Shown here piece after piece: positions 62,081 through 64,000 of a DNA stretch of 64,000 nt. The position numbers were made by a program, and so were the translations under genes. Where the stretch lies: assembly GCA_035495415.1 (NCBI GenBank), contig DATJFY010000047.1:149366-213365 (forward strand), read 5' to 3'. Each line of letters begins with the position of its first letter. Within the stretch, counting starts at the first letter, position 1. Origin of the DNA: Verrucomicrobiia bacterium. GTDB lineage: Bacteria; Methylomirabilota; Methylomirabilia; Rokubacteriales; CSP1-6. The notes beneath the pieces were generated by a model. It worked only from the letters and a program-made list of their open reading frames with translations. It did no database searches and was not told the DNA's origin.

Positions 62081-62559
62081 CCCGCGCGGCGCGGCTCTCC
62101 GTCAACGGGCGCGAGTACGAGGTGCACGTGGAGCCCCGGCTCTCGCTGGCCGACTGCCTCCGGGACATGCTCGATCTGACCGGCACGCACGTGGGGTGCG
62201 AGCACGGCGTCTGCGGCGCCTGCACCGTGCTGCTCGACGGCGAGCCGGTGCGGTCGTGCCTCATGCTGGCGGTGCAGGCGGGCGGCCACGCCATCACGAC
62301 CGTCGAGGGCATCACGCCCGACGAGGGGCTCGCGCCGCTGCAGCAGGCCTTCCAGGACAAGCACGGGCTCCAGTGCGGCTACTGCACGCCCGGCATCCTG
62401 CTGACGACCCATGCGTTCCTCAAGGAGCATCCCCATCCCACCCCCGACGAGATCCGCGAGATGCTCGCGGGCAATCTCTGCCGGTGCACCGGCTATCACT
62501 TCATCGTCGAAGCGGTCGAAGCCGCCGCGCGCGCGGCGGCCCGGACCCCACCCGCCTGA
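62077..62559 (+). CDS. (2Fe-2S)-binding small subunit
   Basis: C-terminal part of ORF 61744..62559, starting at ATG 62077 (ATGA overlap). Motifs CEHGVCGAC and CGYCTPGI...CRCTGY are present. Confidence 0.9.
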   Translation: MTRAARLSVNGREYEVHVEPRLSLADCLRDMLDLTGTHVGCEHGVCGACTVLLDGEPVRSCLMLAVQAGGHAITTVEGITPDEGLAPLQQAFQDKHGLQCGYCTPGILLTTHAFLKEHPHPTPDEIREMLAGNLCRCTGYHFIVEAVEAAARAAARTPPA

Positions 62560-62573
62560 CCAGGAGGACGTCG

Positions 62574-63611
62574 ATGCGCTCACCTGCTCTCACCTCGCTC
62601 GCCGGCGCGCTGCTCGCCGTGGCCCTGCTCGCGCCCGCCGCCCACGCGCAGAACGCGCTCGTGGTCAGCGTCTGGGGCGGCAACTGGAAGGACACGGTCG
62701 AGAAGGTGCTCGGCAAGGCGTTCACCGCCAAGACCGGCATGCCCGTCGAGTTCGAGGTGGGCGGAACCATCGACCGCCTCGCCAAGGCGCGGGTTGCCAA
62801 GGGCAGCCCCCTCGTCGACCTGAACTTCACCACCACGCACGTGGCGCGCCTTTACATCTCCGACGGGCTCTACGAGAAGCTGGACATGGCCAAGATTCCC
62901 AACGCCAAGGAGATCGCGAAGGAGGCCGTCCGCAGCGACTATCATCTCGGCTCCTGGTCCTACGTCTACACCGTCGTCTACCGGCCCGACCTCGTGAAGG
63001 AGGACATCACGAAGTGGTCGGATCTCTGGAAGCCTTCGCTCAAGGGCAAGATCGCCATGCCCGACTTCGACCCCTCGCACATCATCACGATCGCCGCCCT
63101 CATGGAGGGCGGCAACGAGGTGACCTGGCAGAGGGGCGAGGGGAAGCTGAAGGCGCTGAAGGACTCCATCGCGGCCTTCTACTCCACCGACGCCCAGAGC
63201 CAGGACCTGATGAAGACGGGCCAGGCGCCGGTGCAGGTGATGCTGTCGGTGAACGCCTATCACCTGCAGGAGCAGGGGATACAGGTGAAGGTGGTGCAGC
63301 CCTCCGACTATCCGGGCATCGTGGGCATCGACACCATGGCGATCATGGCAGGAACCAAGAAGTCGGCCGCCGCCCATCAATTCATCGACCTCGCGCTCTC
63401 CAAGGACATCCAGTCGGAACTGGTGAAGGCGCTCCGCGCCGGGCCGGTGAACCTCGGCGCCTCCGTGCCGGCCAACCTTAAGGGCCAGCCCGGCATCTTC
63501 GCCAGCGCGGCGGAGTGGAAAGACCGCGGCTACATCATGAACGACGAGGCCCGCGCCAAGAACCTGCCCGGCTGGCGGGAATGGTTCACCGCCAACATCG
63601 TCAAGAAGTAG
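62574..63611 (+). CDS. ABC transporter substrate-binding protein, PotD/extracellular solute-binding family 1-like
   Basis: C-terminal part of ORF 61782..63611. ATG 62574 is preceded by AGGAGG (62562-62567). The signal peptide is MRSPALTSLAGALLAVALLAPAAHAQ, and the mature start is NALVVSVWGGNWKD. Confidence 0.8.
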   Translation: MRSPALTSLAGALLAVALLAPAAHAQNALVVSVWGGNWKDTVEKVLGKAFTAKTGMPVEFEVGGTIDRLAKARVAKGSPLVDLNFTTTHVARLYISDGLYEKLDMAKIPNAKEIAKEAVRSDYHLGSWSYVYTVVYRPDLVKEDITKWSDLWKPSLKGKIAMPDFDPSHIITIAALMEGGNEVTWQRGEGKLKALKDSIAAFYSTDAQSQDLMKTGQAPVQVMLSVNAYHLQEQGIQVKVVQPSDYPGIVGIDTMAIMAGTKKSAAAHQFIDLALSKDIQSELVKALRAGPVNLGASVPANLKGQPGIFASAAEWKDRGYIMNDEARAKNLPGWREWFTANIVKK

Positions 63612-63634
63612 CGTCATCGCGTGACGCGGCGGCC

Positions 63635-64000
63635 GTGAAGCTGCTGCTCCTCCCGGCCCTCGCGGTGCTCGCCGTCTTCGCGGCGGCGCTCACTGCGTTG
63701 TTCCGGTGGAGCCTGCTCGAGTTCGTGCCGGGCTCGCTGGCCCCCGGAGCCTATACGCTCGCCAATTTCAAGGGCGTCGTGGCCCCGCAGTACCTCCACG
63801 CGGTGTGGGACACCGTGATCCTCGCCGCCCTGACCACCGTCCTCACCCTCGCCGCGTCCTATCCCGTGGCGTACGCGCTGGCGCGCACGCCGTCGCGGCG
63901 GGTGCGCAGCGCGCTGCTGGTCCTCACCCTCGCGCCCTTCTTCACCGGCGCCATCGTGCGAACCTACGCCTGGGTGCTGGTGCTGGGCAACACCGTGATC
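63635..64000 (+). CDS. ABC transporter permease (PotB-like), 3' end outside the window
   Basis: Not in the ORF track (no stop within the window). Hand translation from GTG 63635 gives VKLLLLPALAVLAVFAAALTALFRWSLLEFVPGS...TVLTLAASYPVAYALARTPSRRVRSALLVLTLAPFFTGAIVRTYAWVLVLGN. This is typical of the N-terminal half of a PotB/CysT-type permease. Confidence 0.75.
   Translation, partial: MKLLLLPALAVLAVFAAALTALFRWSLLEFVPGSLAPGAYTLANFKGVVAPQYLHAVWDTVILAALTTVLTLAASYPVAYALARTPSRRVRSALLVLTLAPFFTGAIVRTYAWVLVLGNTVI

Overview
Very GC-rich, densely coding bacterial chromosomal segment. Third codon positions are almost always G/C. I count about 62 protein-coding genes and one decayed pseudogene. I saw no rRNA, tRNA, CRISPR array, transposase or integrase. 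Two themes dominate. (1) Solute uptake: five binding-protein-dependent ABC systems (NitT/TauT-type, polar-amino-acid-type, two Liv/HAAT-type, one PotD-type). (2) Oxidative catabolism: three paralogous xanthine-dehydrogenase/CO-dehydrogenase-family molybdo-hydroxylase sets, two luciferase-like (LLM) oxidoreductases, two VOC proteins, an acyl-CoA dehydrogenase, a CoA-transferase, an acyl-CoA synthetase, a TPP enzyme and an aldolase/SDR fusion. The envelope genes point to a diderm organism: a BON lipoprotein, a DUF748/AsmA-like protein with an OmpA-like tail, a DUF898-M48 pair and a bactofilin-M23 pair. The phylum cannot be assigned from this sequence alone. Genes sit in tight operons with thirteen 4-nt ATGA/GTGA stop-start overlaps. 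Several intergenic regions carry TTGACA-N17/18-TAnnnT promoter-like boxes so close to the start codon that leaderless or near-leaderless mRNAs are predicted. Items most worth follow-up: (i) a GntR-led seven-gene minus-strand operon (48329-54150) combining CoA-transferase, LysE exporter, LLM oxidoreductase, a solitary PxpA/LamB and a CysK-fold enzyme, which matches no pathway I can name; (ii) adjacent DUF898-M48 and bactofilin-M23 modules (27507-31388), with an extreme polyproline tract and short repeat arrays; (iii) a dispersed 35-40 nt GC-rich intergenic repeat family (12990, 17502 as a tandem pair, 38353); (iv) a GIY-YIG nuclease gene translationally coupled to a Uup-like ABC-F gene; (v) two sub-threshold ORFs missing from the ORF track (a CPXCG zinc-ribbon-like protein and a two-helix membrane peptide); (vi) a multiply disrupted binding-protein pseudogene. 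All functional calls come from motif and family recognition by eye. No database search was run.
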